Source: Candidatus Omnitrophota bacterium | Lineage (GTDB): Bacteria > Omnitrophota > Gorgyraeia > Zapsychrales > Fredricksoniimonadaceae | Assembly (NCBI GenBank): GCA_030650275.1 | Contig: JAUSEK010000019.1 | Location: 144 to 64,143, forward strand | DNA: 64,000 nucleotides | Reading direction: 5' to 3' | Part shown: in pieces, positions 19,901-29,183 of the stretch | Numbering within the stretch: position 1 is the stretch's first letter | How the letters are laid out: each line of letters opens with the position of its first letter | The notes under the pieces: generated by a model | The model's input: only the letters and a program-made list of their open reading frames with translations | Database searches by the model: none | Told to the model about the DNA's origin: nothing | Program-made: the position numbers and the translations under genes

Positions 19901-21171
19901 AAATTTCTTTTTACACATTGGGCTGCCGGCTCAATCAAAGCGAGACCGCCTCCATCCGCAATTCCTTTGAGGTCGGCGGCTATACCGTTGTTGATTTTGA
20001 CAAGCCATCAGACATCGCGGTCATCAATACCTGCACCGTGACCGAAGGGGGAGACACGGACACGCGGCGTCTGGTCCACCGCGTCAATCGCCTCAACCCC
20101 AATGCCCGTATCGCCTTGGTTGGCTGTCAGGCCCAGGTGCAAAAGGAGCGATTAGCGACCTTACCCAACGTGCGCTGGATCGTCGGCAATCAGAAGAAAA
20201 TGGACCTGGTGGATGTGTTCCGCCGCTATCCCGACCCTGTGCAGGCCGAAGTGATCACGCCGACCATTGAACGCGAAGCATTCACCATCGCGGTTTCATC
20301 CGTAGATGACCGGCATACCCGCGCCAATATCAAAATTCAGGATGGCTGTGACTTTTTCTGTTCATTCTGCGAAATTCCTTACGCGCGCGGCCGGGCCCGT
20401 AGCCGTGTCTTTGACGACATTATTAAGGAAGCGCGCATTTTGGCGCAAGCAGGCCGCCGTGAGATCGTTTTGACCGGTATCAATATCGGCACTTACGGCC
20501 ATGAAGGCAAAAAATTGATGGATGTCATCGCGCGCTTAGAAGGCATCGCCGGCATTGACCGCATCCGCATATCGTCTATTGAACCGACCACCATTCCTTT
20601 GGAAATATTCGGCCGCATGGGCCAGGGCAAATTATGCCGCTATCTGCACATCCCCTTGCAAAGCGGCCATGATGATATTTTGTCCGCCATGAAGCGCAAA
20701 TACACGACGGGTGAGTTCAGAAATTTTATCCGCGGGGCTTACGCGCAAGTGCCGCAGATCTGCATCGGCACCGACGTGATCGTTGGTTTTCCGGGAGAAA
20801 CCGACGCGCAGTTCGCGGATGCCGAGGCGTTTTTGAGGCAAGAGCCCATCCATTATTTTCACGTGTTCAGTTATTCCCAACGGCAAATGGCTAAAAGTAA
20901 GGACATGGGGGAGGTTGTTGCCCCGCAAACCATCAGCAAGCGCAGTCAAATTTTACGCGACCTAAGCCAGCGCAAACGCCTCATGTTTTATGGATCGCTC
21001 ATCGGCACCACACAGGCGGTTTTGTTTGAAGAACAAAAAGGCGGATTCTGGACCGGCCTGACCGACAATTATGCGCGGGTCAAGGTCAGATCCGACACTG
21101 ACCTCCACAATCAATTAGTCCCTGTCCGTTTGGAAAAAATGGACGGGCAGGCTATTTACGGGGAGTATTGA
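19897..21171 (+). CDS. mtaB: Radical-SAM tRNA methylthiotransferase of the MiaB-like family, MtaB type.
   Basis: N-terminal MTTase domain FYTLGCRLNQSET, a radical SAM cysteine cluster, and a TRAM-like C-terminus. Confidence 0.65.
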   Translation: MKISFYTLGCRLNQSETASIRNSFEVGGYTVVDFDKPSDIAVINTCTVTEGGDTDTRRLVHRVNRLNPNARIALVGCQAQVQKERLATLPNVRWIVGNQKKMDLVDVFRRYPDPVQAEVITPTIEREAFTIAVSSVDDRHTRANIKIQDGCDFFCSFCEIPYARGRARSRVFDDIIKEARILAQAGRREIVLTGINIGTYGHEGKKLMDVIARLEGIAGIDRIRISSIEPTTIPLEIFGRMGQGKLCRYLHIPLQSGHDDILSAMKRKYTTGEFRNFIRGAYAQVPQICIGTDVIVGFPGETDAQFADAEAFLRQEPIHYFHVFSYSQRQMAKSKDMGEVVAPQTISKRSQILRDLSQRKRLMFYGSLIGTTQAVLFEEQKGGFWTGLTDNYARVKVRSDTDLHNQLVPVRLEKMDGQAIYGEY

Positions 21172-21172
21172 T

Positions 21173-21559
21173 ATGTCTGAATCGCAAGCCAGAAATGTAT
21201 TGGGAGGAAAGCTCGAGCCCTGCTGCAAATTCCCGATGACGGGGTTTTACCGCGACGGGTATTGCAACACCGGCCCGGAGGATCTGGGCCGGCATACGGT
21301 GTGCATCCGGGTCACGGAGGAATTCCTGGCATTTTCCAAGGACGCCGGCAATGATCTTTCCACACCGCAACCGGAGTCCGATTTTTCGGGCTTGATCGCG
21401 GGCGACCAGTGGTGTTTATGCGCCTTGCGCTGGCAGGAGGCCTTTGAAGTCGGCGCCGCGCCGCAAGTCGTTCTGGGATCCACCCATGAGGCAACACTTC
21501 AAGTCGTCAAACTGGAAGACCTCAAAGCCCATGCCGTCCGTGAAAGTAAAAAATTTTAA
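21173..21559 (+). CDS. DUF2237 family protein.
   Basis: GGKLEPCC..PMTGFYRDGYC matches DUF2237 proteins. Confidence 0.5.
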   Translation: MSESQARNVLGGKLEPCCKFPMTGFYRDGYCNTGPEDLGRHTVCIRVTEEFLAFSKDAGNDLSTPQPESDFSGLIAGDQWCLCALRWQEAFEVGAAPQVVLGSTHEATLQVVKLEDLKAHAVRESKKF

Positions 21560-21571
21560 AAGGAGGGTCAT

Positions 21572-21766
21572 ATGGTTTATGAAAAACAAACGGCTTTGAA
21601 AGTGGCAGGGGCGTTCTTTTTATTGATCGCCATTGTGCATTTCCTAAGGGTGATTTTTGGGTGGGGAGTTATTATTAACGGTCTTATGATGCCTTTGTGG
21701 GTCAGTGTCATCGCGGGCCTTATTACGTTCACCCTGTCGATGTGGATGTTTAGATCAACGCGTTAA
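21572..21766 (+). CDS. Small two-TM membrane protein.
   Basis: Strong RBS AAGGAGGG 8 nt upstream; two hydrophobic helices. Confidence 0.45.
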   Translation: MVYEKQTALKVAGAFFLLIAIVHFLRVIFGWGVIINGLMMPLWVSVIAGLITFTLSMWMFRSTR

Positions 21767-21808
21767 TTGCTTAAATGTTTGGAGGACGCCAACGGTAACC
21801 TATAAAAG

Positions 21809-21845
21809 TTTGTCATTCCCGAATGCTTGTGTCGGGAATCCAGAC
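21809..21845. repeat. Hairpin repeat unit TTGTCATTCCCGAATGCTTGTGTCGGGAATCCAGAC (stem ATTCCCGA/TCGGGAAT).
   Basis: A second near-identical copy at 34488-34523 shares the upstream TAAAAG. Confidence 0.75.
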
Positions 21846-22100
21846 GAGGCTAATGATAGACCCCCGACTGAAACATTCGGGGGTGACAGTTTTGGGACAG
21901 GTTCTAGTCTGTGCATTTTTTGCACATACTGAGAATTTAGTTATCTGGAATTTCCGGATAACTGAAGGAAATTCAGTATGTTCCATTTTGGAACATGGTG
22001 AACTGTTGCAAAATTTGCAATAGTTGGGTTTGTATAAGAGAGTCAGCCAAAAGAAAAAGGTATCATTGTGCCTTTGGTGGTAAACTTGATCAATAAATTG

Positions 22101-22133
22101 AATTAAGGTTACGGCGGGTGGCTACTTAATTTT
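22101..22133. repeat. Short member of the AATTAAGGTTACGG.GGGTG / GGTGGCTACTTAATT palindromic family, followed by a tandem CTACTTAATTTTA x2.
   Basis: It is the reverse complement of the outer parts of the 9197-9290 element, with the central TATTATGGGGACACCCA segment absent. Confidence 0.7.
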
Positions 22134-22146
22134 ACTACTTAATTTT

Positions 22147-23460
22147 ATGAAAATATTTTTGGAAACATACGGCTGTCAGATGAACGAGTACGACTCCGAA
22201 CTCGTGCGCACGATCTTGGCCCGTGAGAAGTATGAGTTTGTGCCCGACGAGCATCAGGCGGACATTGTCATGCTCAACACCTGCGCTATCCGCGAGCACG
22301 CGCATCGCAAGGTGTATGGCCGTGTTCATTCCATACGCCACGCCCGCCCCAAGGACAAGCCGGTCATGATAGGGATATTGGGGTGCATGGCCACCAATTT
22401 ACGCCAGGACTTGTTTGAAGACCGCAGCATGAAAATTGACTTCATTGCCGGGCCCGACAGTTACAAACGCCTGCCGGATCTGATCCGCGAGGCGGGTCAG
22501 GATGGGCAAAAGGCCTATGACGTCACCCTGTCCGAATTTGAAACCTATTCCGACATCACCCCCAGCCGCAAACAAGGCGTTAATGCGTGGATCGCCGTCA
22601 TGCGCGGGTGCAATAATTTCTGCACGTTTTGCGTCGTACCCTACACGCGCGGCCGCGAGCGCAGCCGCTCGGTGGAAAATGTGGTTGAAGAGGTCAAACA
22701 TCTGGCCGCCGAAGGATTCAAACAAGTCACCTTGCTGGGCCAAAACGTGAATTCCTATCACCATGAAGGCAAGGATTTTGCGGACCTGATGCAGGCGGTC
22801 AGCCGCGTGCACGGCATTGAGCGCATCCGTTTCACATCACCTCACCCGAAAGATTTTCCGGTCCGTTTTCTTGACCTGATGGCGTCCAACCCAAAGATCT
22901 GCAAACAGATCCATTTGCCTTTGCAGGCGGGCAATAACCGCGTTTTGGACATGATGAACCGTACTTATACTAAGGAAGAGTTCCTCGCCCTGGCCGCGGA
23001 CATGCGCAAGCGCATCCCGGGCTTATGCCTGTCCACCGACGTCATTGTGGGTTTTCCGACGGAAACCGACGCGGAATTTGAAGACACGTTGAGCGTCATG
23101 CGCGAAGTGCGTTTTGATTCGGCCTTCACGTTCAAATACTCCGAGCGCAAAGGCACCATTGCCTCCAAGAAACACCCCGACGATGTGGCTGAAGCCGTTA
23201 AAACCCAACGCATCATGCGGCTCAATGACCTGCAAAAACAGATCTCCTACGAAAAGAACCTCGCCCATGTCGGCGAAACCCATACGGTCCTGGTGGAATC
23301 CCTGGCCACGGCCAGGTCCTCCGACGAATGTCAGGGCAGGACAGACGGCAATAAACTCGTCATTCTACCCAGCGGTCCATATAAGGTAGGGGACATGCTC
23401 CAGGTCCGCATCACCCATGCCACACCCCATGCTTTACGCGGTGGGCCTTTCGGAGTATAA
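22147..23460 (+). CDS. miaB: tRNA-2-methylthio-N6-dimethylallyladenosine synthase.
   Basis: MKIFLETYGCQMNEYDSE is the canonical MiaB N-terminus; radical SAM and TRAM domains present. Confidence 0.85.
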   Translation: MKIFLETYGCQMNEYDSELVRTILAREKYEFVPDEHQADIVMLNTCAIREHAHRKVYGRVHSIRHARPKDKPVMIGILGCMATNLRQDLFEDRSMKIDFIAGPDSYKRLPDLIREAGQDGQKAYDVTLSEFETYSDITPSRKQGVNAWIAVMRGCNNFCTFCVVPYTRGRERSRSVENVVEEVKHLAAEGFKQVTLLGQNVNSYHHEGKDFADLMQAVSRVHGIERIRFTSPHPKDFPVRFLDLMASNPKICKQIHLPLQAGNNRVLDMMNRTYTKEEFLALAADMRKRIPGLCLSTDVIVGFPTETDAEFEDTLSVMREVRFDSAFTFKYSERKGTIASKKHPDDVAEAVKTQRIMRLNDLQKQISYEKNLAHVGETHTVLVESLATARSSDECQGRTDGNKLVILPSGPYKVGDMLQVRITHATPHALRGGPFGV

Positions 23461-23519
23461 TTGCAATAGGATAGTTTTTGCAAATTAACGCGTTTAGGTA
23501 TATAGTTTATTTTTAATAT

Positions 23520-24554
23520 ATGCTGAAAACCACGCACATCACAGCCGAAGACCTCTACGAAAAACTTAAGAACATTAAGGTCGGGGGGACCGTGTGTCAT
23601 TATTCGCTTAAGAAATGCGAAGAACTGACCCCCATTATCAATGAAATTAATGAACTTAAGGAAGAGAAGAACGCCGTCATTCTGGCGCATTCCTACATCA
23701 GCCCCGAGATCATTTACGGGGTCAGCGATTTCGTCGGGGATTCCTACAAATTAAGCCGTGATGCCATGACCACCAAGGCCTCGACCATTGTCTTTACCGC
23801 GGTGCGGTTCATGGGCGAGACAGCCAAGATCCTCAACCCTGAAAAAGAGGTCTTGATCCCGGCACCCTTGGACGGATGCACGCTGGCGGATTCCATCAAC
23901 GCATCCCAGGTCCGCGATCTGCGCAAACAATATCCGGGCTATACCTTCGTCTGCTACATCAATACCACCGCCGAGGTCAAAGCCGAATGCGATGTCTGTG
24001 TCACGTCGTCCAACGTTTATAAGATCGTTGAAAATATCGCCAATGACAAAATTTATTTCCTGCCGGACAAGCTCATGGGCCAGAATCTTAAGAACGCCAT
24101 GGAACGCCGCGGCATCAAAAAGGACATCCGTTTTTACAGCGGTACTTGCTACGTGCACGAGACGTATAACATTGAGGACATTTTGAAGATCCGCCTGGAA
24201 TACCCCCTTGCCAAGATCGTCAGCCATCCCGAATGCAACGCCGCGGTGGTGGACAATTCCGATTTCGTGGGAAGCACCGAGCAAATGCTCGGATTCATGC
24301 GCGAAACCGAGACCAAAGAATTTTTGATGCTCACCGAATGCGGCCTGTCCAGCCGCCTGCAGTCGGAATTCCCCGACAAGAAACTGGTCGGCAGCTGCAC
24401 CATGTGCAAATACATGAAATCCAACACCCTTGAGGACATCCTGCGGGTCCTTAAAGATCCGTTGCCCAAAGACCGCGTCGTTTTCAACGAGGATATCCGC
24501 CTGCGCGCCCTCAAAAGCATTGAGGCGATGTTCCGTTACGCCCAACCCTCTTAA
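23520..24554 (+). CDS. nadA: Quinolinate synthase.
   Basis: NadA triple-repeat fold motifs (..VILAHSYISPEI.., ..CYINTTAEVKA..). Confidence 0.8.
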   Translation: MLKTTHITAEDLYEKLKNIKVGGTVCHYSLKKCEELTPIINEINELKEEKNAVILAHSYISPEIIYGVSDFVGDSYKLSRDAMTTKASTIVFTAVRFMGETAKILNPEKEVLIPAPLDGCTLADSINASQVRDLRKQYPGYTFVCYINTTAEVKAECDVCVTSSNVYKIVENIANDKIYFLPDKLMGQNLKNAMERRGIKKDIRFYSGTCYVHETYNIEDILKIRLEYPLAKIVSHPECNAAVVDNSDFVGSTEQMLGFMRETETKEFLMLTECGLSSRLQSEFPDKKLVGSCTMCKYMKSNTLEDILRVLKDPLPKDRVVFNEDIRLRALKSIEAMFRYAQPS

Positions 24555-25669
24555 TGAACGACTCGTTCGTCGAACCTCAATATTTTACGTTCGGTCATCC
24601 CCCGGATGAACTGGTCCTTAAAAGCGGGCTCAAACTCGGGCCCGTCACCCTGGCCTATGAGACCTATGGGCGGCTTAACACCGCCAAGAGCAATGCCATC
24701 CTTGTTTTTCACGCTTTGACCGGTGACGCCCACGCGGCAGGGGTGCATAAGGATTCCAAAAACCCCGGCTGGTGGGACGCGATGATCGGGCCGGGCAAGG
24801 CCTTTGACACGGCCAAGTATTTTGTCATTTGCGTCAATGTCATCGGCGGATGCAAGGGAAGCACGGGCCCGGCGTCCATCAATCCCGCCACCAACAAGCC
24901 CTACGGTTTGAGTTTTCCCGTCGTGACCATTGAAGACATGGTGGCGGCCCAAAAGCGGCTCATTGACCATCTGGGCATCAAGCAATTGCTCTGCGTCACC
25001 GGCGGGTCCATGGGAGGTCTGCAGGCCCTGAAATGGTCTTTGCTTTACCCGGACACCGTGCGCTCGGCCATTTTGATCGCCACCAATTACCGTCACACCG
25101 CCCAGCAGATCGCTTTGCACGAGGTGGCGCGTCAGGCCATCATGTCCGACCCGGACTGGCAGGGCGGCGATTATTACGGCAAAAGCGTCCCGGCCCGGGG
25201 CCTGGCGGTCTCGCGCATGATAGGTCACATCACCTACATGAGCGAGCGGTCCATGGATGAAAAATTCGGCCGCAAACTCAAAGGGAAGGAAAAACTCGGC
25301 TACGATTTTTCGCATGATTTTGAGGTGGAAAGCTATCTCAAATACCGCAGTGACAATTTCGTCCAGCGTTTTGACGCCAACAGTTATCTGTACATTTCCA
25401 AGGCGCTGGATTATTTTGACATCGCTGAGGATTCAGACCTGCCGCAGGCGTTCAAGGCCGCGGCTTGCAAATTCCTGATCATCACCTTCACGTCGGACTG
25501 GCTGTATCCGTCGTATCAAAGCAAAGAAATGGTCAAGGCCATGAAAGCCAACCATCTGGACGTGTCGTTCATCGAAATAGAGACCGATTACGGCCATGAT
25601 TCGTTTTTGGTGGAAATTGAAGGCCAGTCAAAATTAGTCAAAAGCTTTTTGGGGAATTTGCCTGTTTAA
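24554..25669 (+). CDS. metX: Homoserine O-acetyltransferase.
   Basis: Alpha/beta-hydrolase fold with nucleophile GGSMGG. The N-terminus matches MetX, and metW lies downstream. Confidence 0.85.
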   Translation: MNDSFVEPQYFTFGHPPDELVLKSGLKLGPVTLAYETYGRLNTAKSNAILVFHALTGDAHAAGVHKDSKNPGWWDAMIGPGKAFDTAKYFVICVNVIGGCKGSTGPASINPATNKPYGLSFPVVTIEDMVAAQKRLIDHLGIKQLLCVTGGSMGGLQALKWSLLYPDTVRSAILIATNYRHTAQQIALHEVARQAIMSDPDWQGGDYYGKSVPARGLAVSRMIGHITYMSERSMDEKFGRKLKGKEKLGYDFSHDFEVESYLKYRSDNFVQRFDANSYLYISKALDYFDIAEDSDLPQAFKAAACKFLIITFTSDWLYPSYQSKEMVKAMKANHLDVSFIEIETDYGHDSFLVEIEGQSKLVKSFLGNLPV

Positions 25670-26256
25670 TGGAAACCTTGCGCGCTGACCACAAACTCAT
25701 TTTAGAAATGATCGAACCCGACAGCCATGTGCTGGATCTGGGCTGCGGGGACGGCGAACTTTTGTCCTTGCTCATGAAGCGCCGGCATTGCCGGGCCACG
25801 GGCATTGAGATCAATGAGAAAGCCATTTACAAATGCATTGAACACGGAGTCACGGTGTCGCACGGGGACATTGATTCGGGTCTGGAGGATTACGGGGACC
25901 AGCGTTTTGATTATGTCATTCTCAACGAAAGTTTACAGGAGGTCTTAAATCCCGACAAAGTCATCAAGGAGGCCCTGCGGGTGGGAAAGAAGGTCATCGT
26001 CGGCATCCCGAATTTCTGCCATATCTCGGCGCGCCTGCAGATCTTTTTTCTGGGCAAGGTGCCGGTGACCAAGGGTTTGCCTTATAAGTGGTACAATACG
26101 CCCAACTTGCGTTTTTTGAGCATCAAGGACTTCCGTCAGTTTTGCGCGGAGCGGGGGATCATCGTGGAGCGCGAGAGGGCCATCGGGGCCAGCCGGGAAG
26201 TGTTCTTTGCGCGCAACATTTTCGCGTACGCCGCGATCTTCCTCTTGCGCAAATGA
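25669..26256 (+). CDS. metW: Methionine biosynthesis protein MetW.
   Basis: A 195-aa protein with a SAM-MTase-like fold (VLDLGCGDGELL), immediately after metX. Confidence 0.8.
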   Translation: METLRADHKLILEMIEPDSHVLDLGCGDGELLSLLMKRRHCRATGIEINEKAIYKCIEHGVTVSHGDIDSGLEDYGDQRFDYVILNESLQEVLNPDKVIKEALRVGKKVIVGIPNFCHISARLQIFFLGKVPVTKGLPYKWYNTPNLRFLSIKDFRQFCAERGIIVERERAIGASREVFFARNIFAYAAIFLLRK

Positions 26257-26257
26257 T

Positions 26258-26488
26258 TCAGGCCGCGAGTTTTTTGTGGCTGCCGTCGCAGAACGGTTTA
26301 TTGCCGCTTGTTTTACAGCCGCACCAGGCCACCTGTTTTTCTTCCGTGATCTCCACGAACATCGGCCTCATATTTGTGGAGGAGTGCGACCCGTCGCAGA
26401 ACGGCTGTTTTTGCGACAGCCCGCAGGCGCACCAGACGTAGCGGCCCGGCTTTAGGGTCATGACATAAGGATGATTGTGGTTGTCCAT
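26258..26488 (-). CDS. CDGSH iron-sulfur domain protein.
   Basis: Two C..C....FCDGSH motifs. Confidence 0.8.
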   Translation of the reverse strand: MDNHNHPYVMTLKPGRYVWCACGLSQKQPFCDGSHSSTNMRPMFVEITEEKQVAWCGCKTSGNKPFCDGSHKKLAA

Positions 26489-26531
26489 GAACTTAGATTA
26501 ACGATTTTTGCGGTATCATTCAAGTCCATTT

Positions 26532-27725
26532 ATGCCTAAATACGATTTTATCATCATCGGCGCTGGCATCATCGGCCTGACAACGGCCCACGCGCTCAAA
26601 ACCCGCAAGCTTTCGGCCCGCATTGTCGTCATTGACAAGGAAAACGCTCCGGCTTTTCACGCGTCGGGGCGTAACAGCGGAGTTTTGCACGCCGGGTTTT
26701 ATTACACCGCCGACAGTTTAAAAGCCAAATTCACCGTTGAGGGAAACCGGCAGATGAAGGCCTATGCGCGCTCCAAGGGTCTTGCTGTTAATGAATGCGG
26801 CAAATTGGTCGTTGCCCAAAATGAATATGAATTGGGCCAGCTCGACGAGTTATTGCTCCGCGGTCAGCGCAATGGGGCCAATGTGCGTTTGATCGACGAG
26901 TACAAAGCGCGCGAACTGGAACCCAATGTGCGCACCCATCAAAAGGCCCTGCATTCGCCGGACACCGCCAGCATTGACCCTAAAGCGGTGTGCCGGGCCT
27001 TGAAAGAAGACCTCACCGGAGCCGGGGTGGAGTTTGTGTTCGGCGCAAAATATTTAAGCCATACCGGTCATGTCATTCACACCACGGAGGGGGATTTTGA
27101 GGCCCAAAGGATCATCAATTGCGCCGGGCTGTACGCGGACAAGATCGCGCAGGATTTCGGTTTCGGGAAAAAATACACCATGATCCCCTTTAAGGGCCTG
27201 TATTTGAAATACACCAAGAACAAGACGGACGTGCGCATGCATATTTATCCGGTGCCCAATTTGAAAAACCCGTTTTTGGGGGTGCATTTTACCAAGACCG
27301 TGGACGGCACCATCAAAATAGGCCCGACCGCCATCCCGGCGCTGTGGCGGGAGAATTATGACCTTAAAACCGGTTTTCAGCCCACGGAAATGGCCAAGGT
27401 GCTCTTTTATGAAAGCAAATTATTTCTGACCAATGCCTTTGGGTTTCGGGACCTGGCTTTGGAAGAGACCCGTAAATATGATAAAAAATATTTTATAGGG
27501 TTGGCCGCCCAAATGGTACAGAACATTGATCCCAAAGGATTCACGGAATTCACCCCGCCCGGGATCCGGGCCCAATTGCTGGACAAGGAAACCCTTTCCC
27601 TGGTCCAGGATTTCGTTGTGGAAGGGGACAGCGTCAGCACCCACGTCTTAAACGCCGTATCGCCTGCCTTTACCTGTGCCTTCCCATTCTCTAAGTACAT
27701 TGTAGATCAATACCTTGGCGCATAA
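26532..27725 (+). CDS. lhgO: FAD-dependent oxidoreductase, L-2-hydroxyglutarate oxidase (LhgO)-like.
   Basis: DFIIIGAGIIGLTTA Rossmann motif in a protein of about 400 aa with DAO-family layout. Confidence 0.55.
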   Translation: MPKYDFIIIGAGIIGLTTAHALKTRKLSARIVVIDKENAPAFHASGRNSGVLHAGFYYTADSLKAKFTVEGNRQMKAYARSKGLAVNECGKLVVAQNEYELGQLDELLLRGQRNGANVRLIDEYKARELEPNVRTHQKALHSPDTASIDPKAVCRALKEDLTGAGVEFVFGAKYLSHTGHVIHTTEGDFEAQRIINCAGLYADKIAQDFGFGKKYTMIPFKGLYLKYTKNKTDVRMHIYPVPNLKNPFLGVHFTKTVDGTIKIGPTAIPALWRENYDLKTGFQPTEMAKVLFYESKLFLTNAFGFRDLALEETRKYDKKYFIGLAAQMVQNIDPKGFTEFTPPGIRAQLLDKETLSLVQDFVVEGDSVSTHVLNAVSPAFTCAFPFSKYIVDQYLGA

Positions 27726-27808
27726 CCACGCCTAATTAATTCTTGTCACGGTATAGCTTTTATGTTATCCTATATACGTCAGAATTAGAAGTATATGAGG
27801 AGGTCAAA

Positions 27809-28363
27809 ATGGACATCAGGATCTTGATCCAAAGCACGCCGAACCCGAACGCTTTGAAGTTCGTGCTCAATATCCCGGTTAAAACCGAGGGTAAGGTCAC
27901 GTATAAAAACGCTGACCAGGCCGGGCAAAATCCTATGGCCGCGGCGATCTTTACCGTGCCCAATGTCACGGAAGTGTATTTTTTTGACAATTATGTCACG
28001 GTCACCCAGGACGGCAACGCCGATTGGGACGCCATTGAAGAGCAGATCAAGCGCCTGATCCTTGACCATGCTGAAAATCATGACCCGGATTTTAAGGTGG
28101 AAGAGGCCCAGAAACCGGCCCCGGTATCGGACAACCCGGACATTCAGAAGATCAATGAGATCCTGGACCGCACCATCCGTCCGGCCCTGCAGATGGACGG
28201 CGGGGACCTGCACGTGATCAGTTACGACGGGAGCGTGCTGGGGGTCACTTATCAGGGCGCTTGCGGGTCATGCCCCAGTTCTTCCGCGGGAACGTTAAAG
28301 GCCATTGAAAATATTTTAAAGGACGAGTTCAGTCCCGGGATCACCGTGGAGATCGCGAGTTAA
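27809..28363 (+). CDS. nfuA: NifU/Nfu family Fe-S cluster carrier, with an Nfu_N domain and a NifU C-terminal CxxC domain.
   Basis: The C-terminal ..QGACGSCPSS.. motif. A GAGGAGG RBS lies before the ATG at 27809. Confidence 0.75.
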   Translation: MDIRILIQSTPNPNALKFVLNIPVKTEGKVTYKNADQAGQNPMAAAIFTVPNVTEVYFFDNYVTVTQDGNADWDAIEEQIKRLILDHAENHDPDFKVEEAQKPAPVSDNPDIQKINEILDRTIRPALQMDGGDLHVISYDGSVLGVTYQGACGSCPSSSAGTLKAIENILKDEFSPGITVEIAS

Positions 28364-28366
28364 TAT

Positions 28367-28714
28367 ATGGAACTGGCCAAGAAAAAATGTTTGCCGTGCG
28401 AAGGGATCGGACGCGCGTTTGACCGCGCCGAGGCCCAGGCGGGCTTGAAGGAAATACCCGGGTGGTATTTGTCGGATGACGCCAAAAGCATCTGGCGGGA
28501 ATTTGTCATGAAGGATTTTGTCGCTGCGGTGGAGTTTGTCAATGCCATAGCACCCATCGCCGAGGCCGAAGGCCATCATCCGGACCTTCATTTGACCGGT
28601 TACCGCAAACTGCGCATTGACCTAAATACGCATGCGCTTGGCGGGATTACGGAGAATGACCTCATTTTGGCGGCAAAGATCAACACGCTTAGTCCTCGAC
28701 TGGCAAAGGGGTGA
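28367..28714 (+). CDS. Pterin-4a-carbinolamine dehydratase (PCD/DCoH).
   Basis: The EGHHPDL motif in a 115-aa protein. Confidence 0.75.
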   Translation: MELAKKKCLPCEGIGRAFDRAEAQAGLKEIPGWYLSDDAKSIWREFVMKDFVAAVEFVNAIAPIAEAEGHHPDLHLTGYRKLRIDLNTHALGGITENDLILAAKINTLSPRLAKG

Positions 28715-28717
28715 GAT

Positions 28718-29179
28718 ATGTTTAAAATAAACCGTAAATTGGAGTACGCGCTCATCTCCCTGCGGCACATGAGCGCCAAGGCGCCGGGGCAATTGACGTC
28801 GGCCAAGGAGATCTGCGACATTTACAATACGCCGTTTGACCCGACCTCGCGCGTTTTACAGATCATGGCCCAGCACGAGATCGTGCGCGCCGAGCAGGGC
28901 GCCCATGGCGGGTATCAGATCCTCAAAGACCTTTCCAAGGTCAGTCTGCAGGACCTCACACAGATGATCGAGGGGCCTCTGGAGATCGTCAACTGTTTCC
29001 ACGGCAATTATTCGCATTGCGACATTACGGCCAGCTGTAACGTGATCTCGCCGATGCTGAATCTCAACGAGAGGATCGCGGGATTCTTTAAGAACATCAA
29101 CGTTCAGGAACTCATTCAATCGCGCAATCAGGGCGAAAAACAGATCCGCAGCAAGCCTATCGCTGTGGGTCAGGAATAA
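28718..29179 (+). CDS. Rrf2 family transcriptional regulator (IscR/SufR-like), the likely regulator of the downstream suf operon.
   Basis: [18 protein letters not shown] is the Rrf2 wHTH N-terminus, and C-terminal Cys residues are present. Confidence 0.8.
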   Translation: MFKINRKLEYALISLRHMSAKAPGQLTSAKEICDIYNTPFDPTSRVLQIMAQHEIVRAEQGAHGGYQILKDLSKVSLQDLTQMIEGPLEIVNCFHGNYSHCDITASCNVISPMLNLNERIAGFFKNINVQELIQSRNQGEKQIRSKPIAVGQE

Positions 29180-29183
29180 AGAT

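Noticed and set aside
23751-25315. Minus-strand ORFs of 264 and 254 aa.
   Set aside because: They are antisense to nadA and metX, which have clear signatures, and carry no recognisable motifs themselves.
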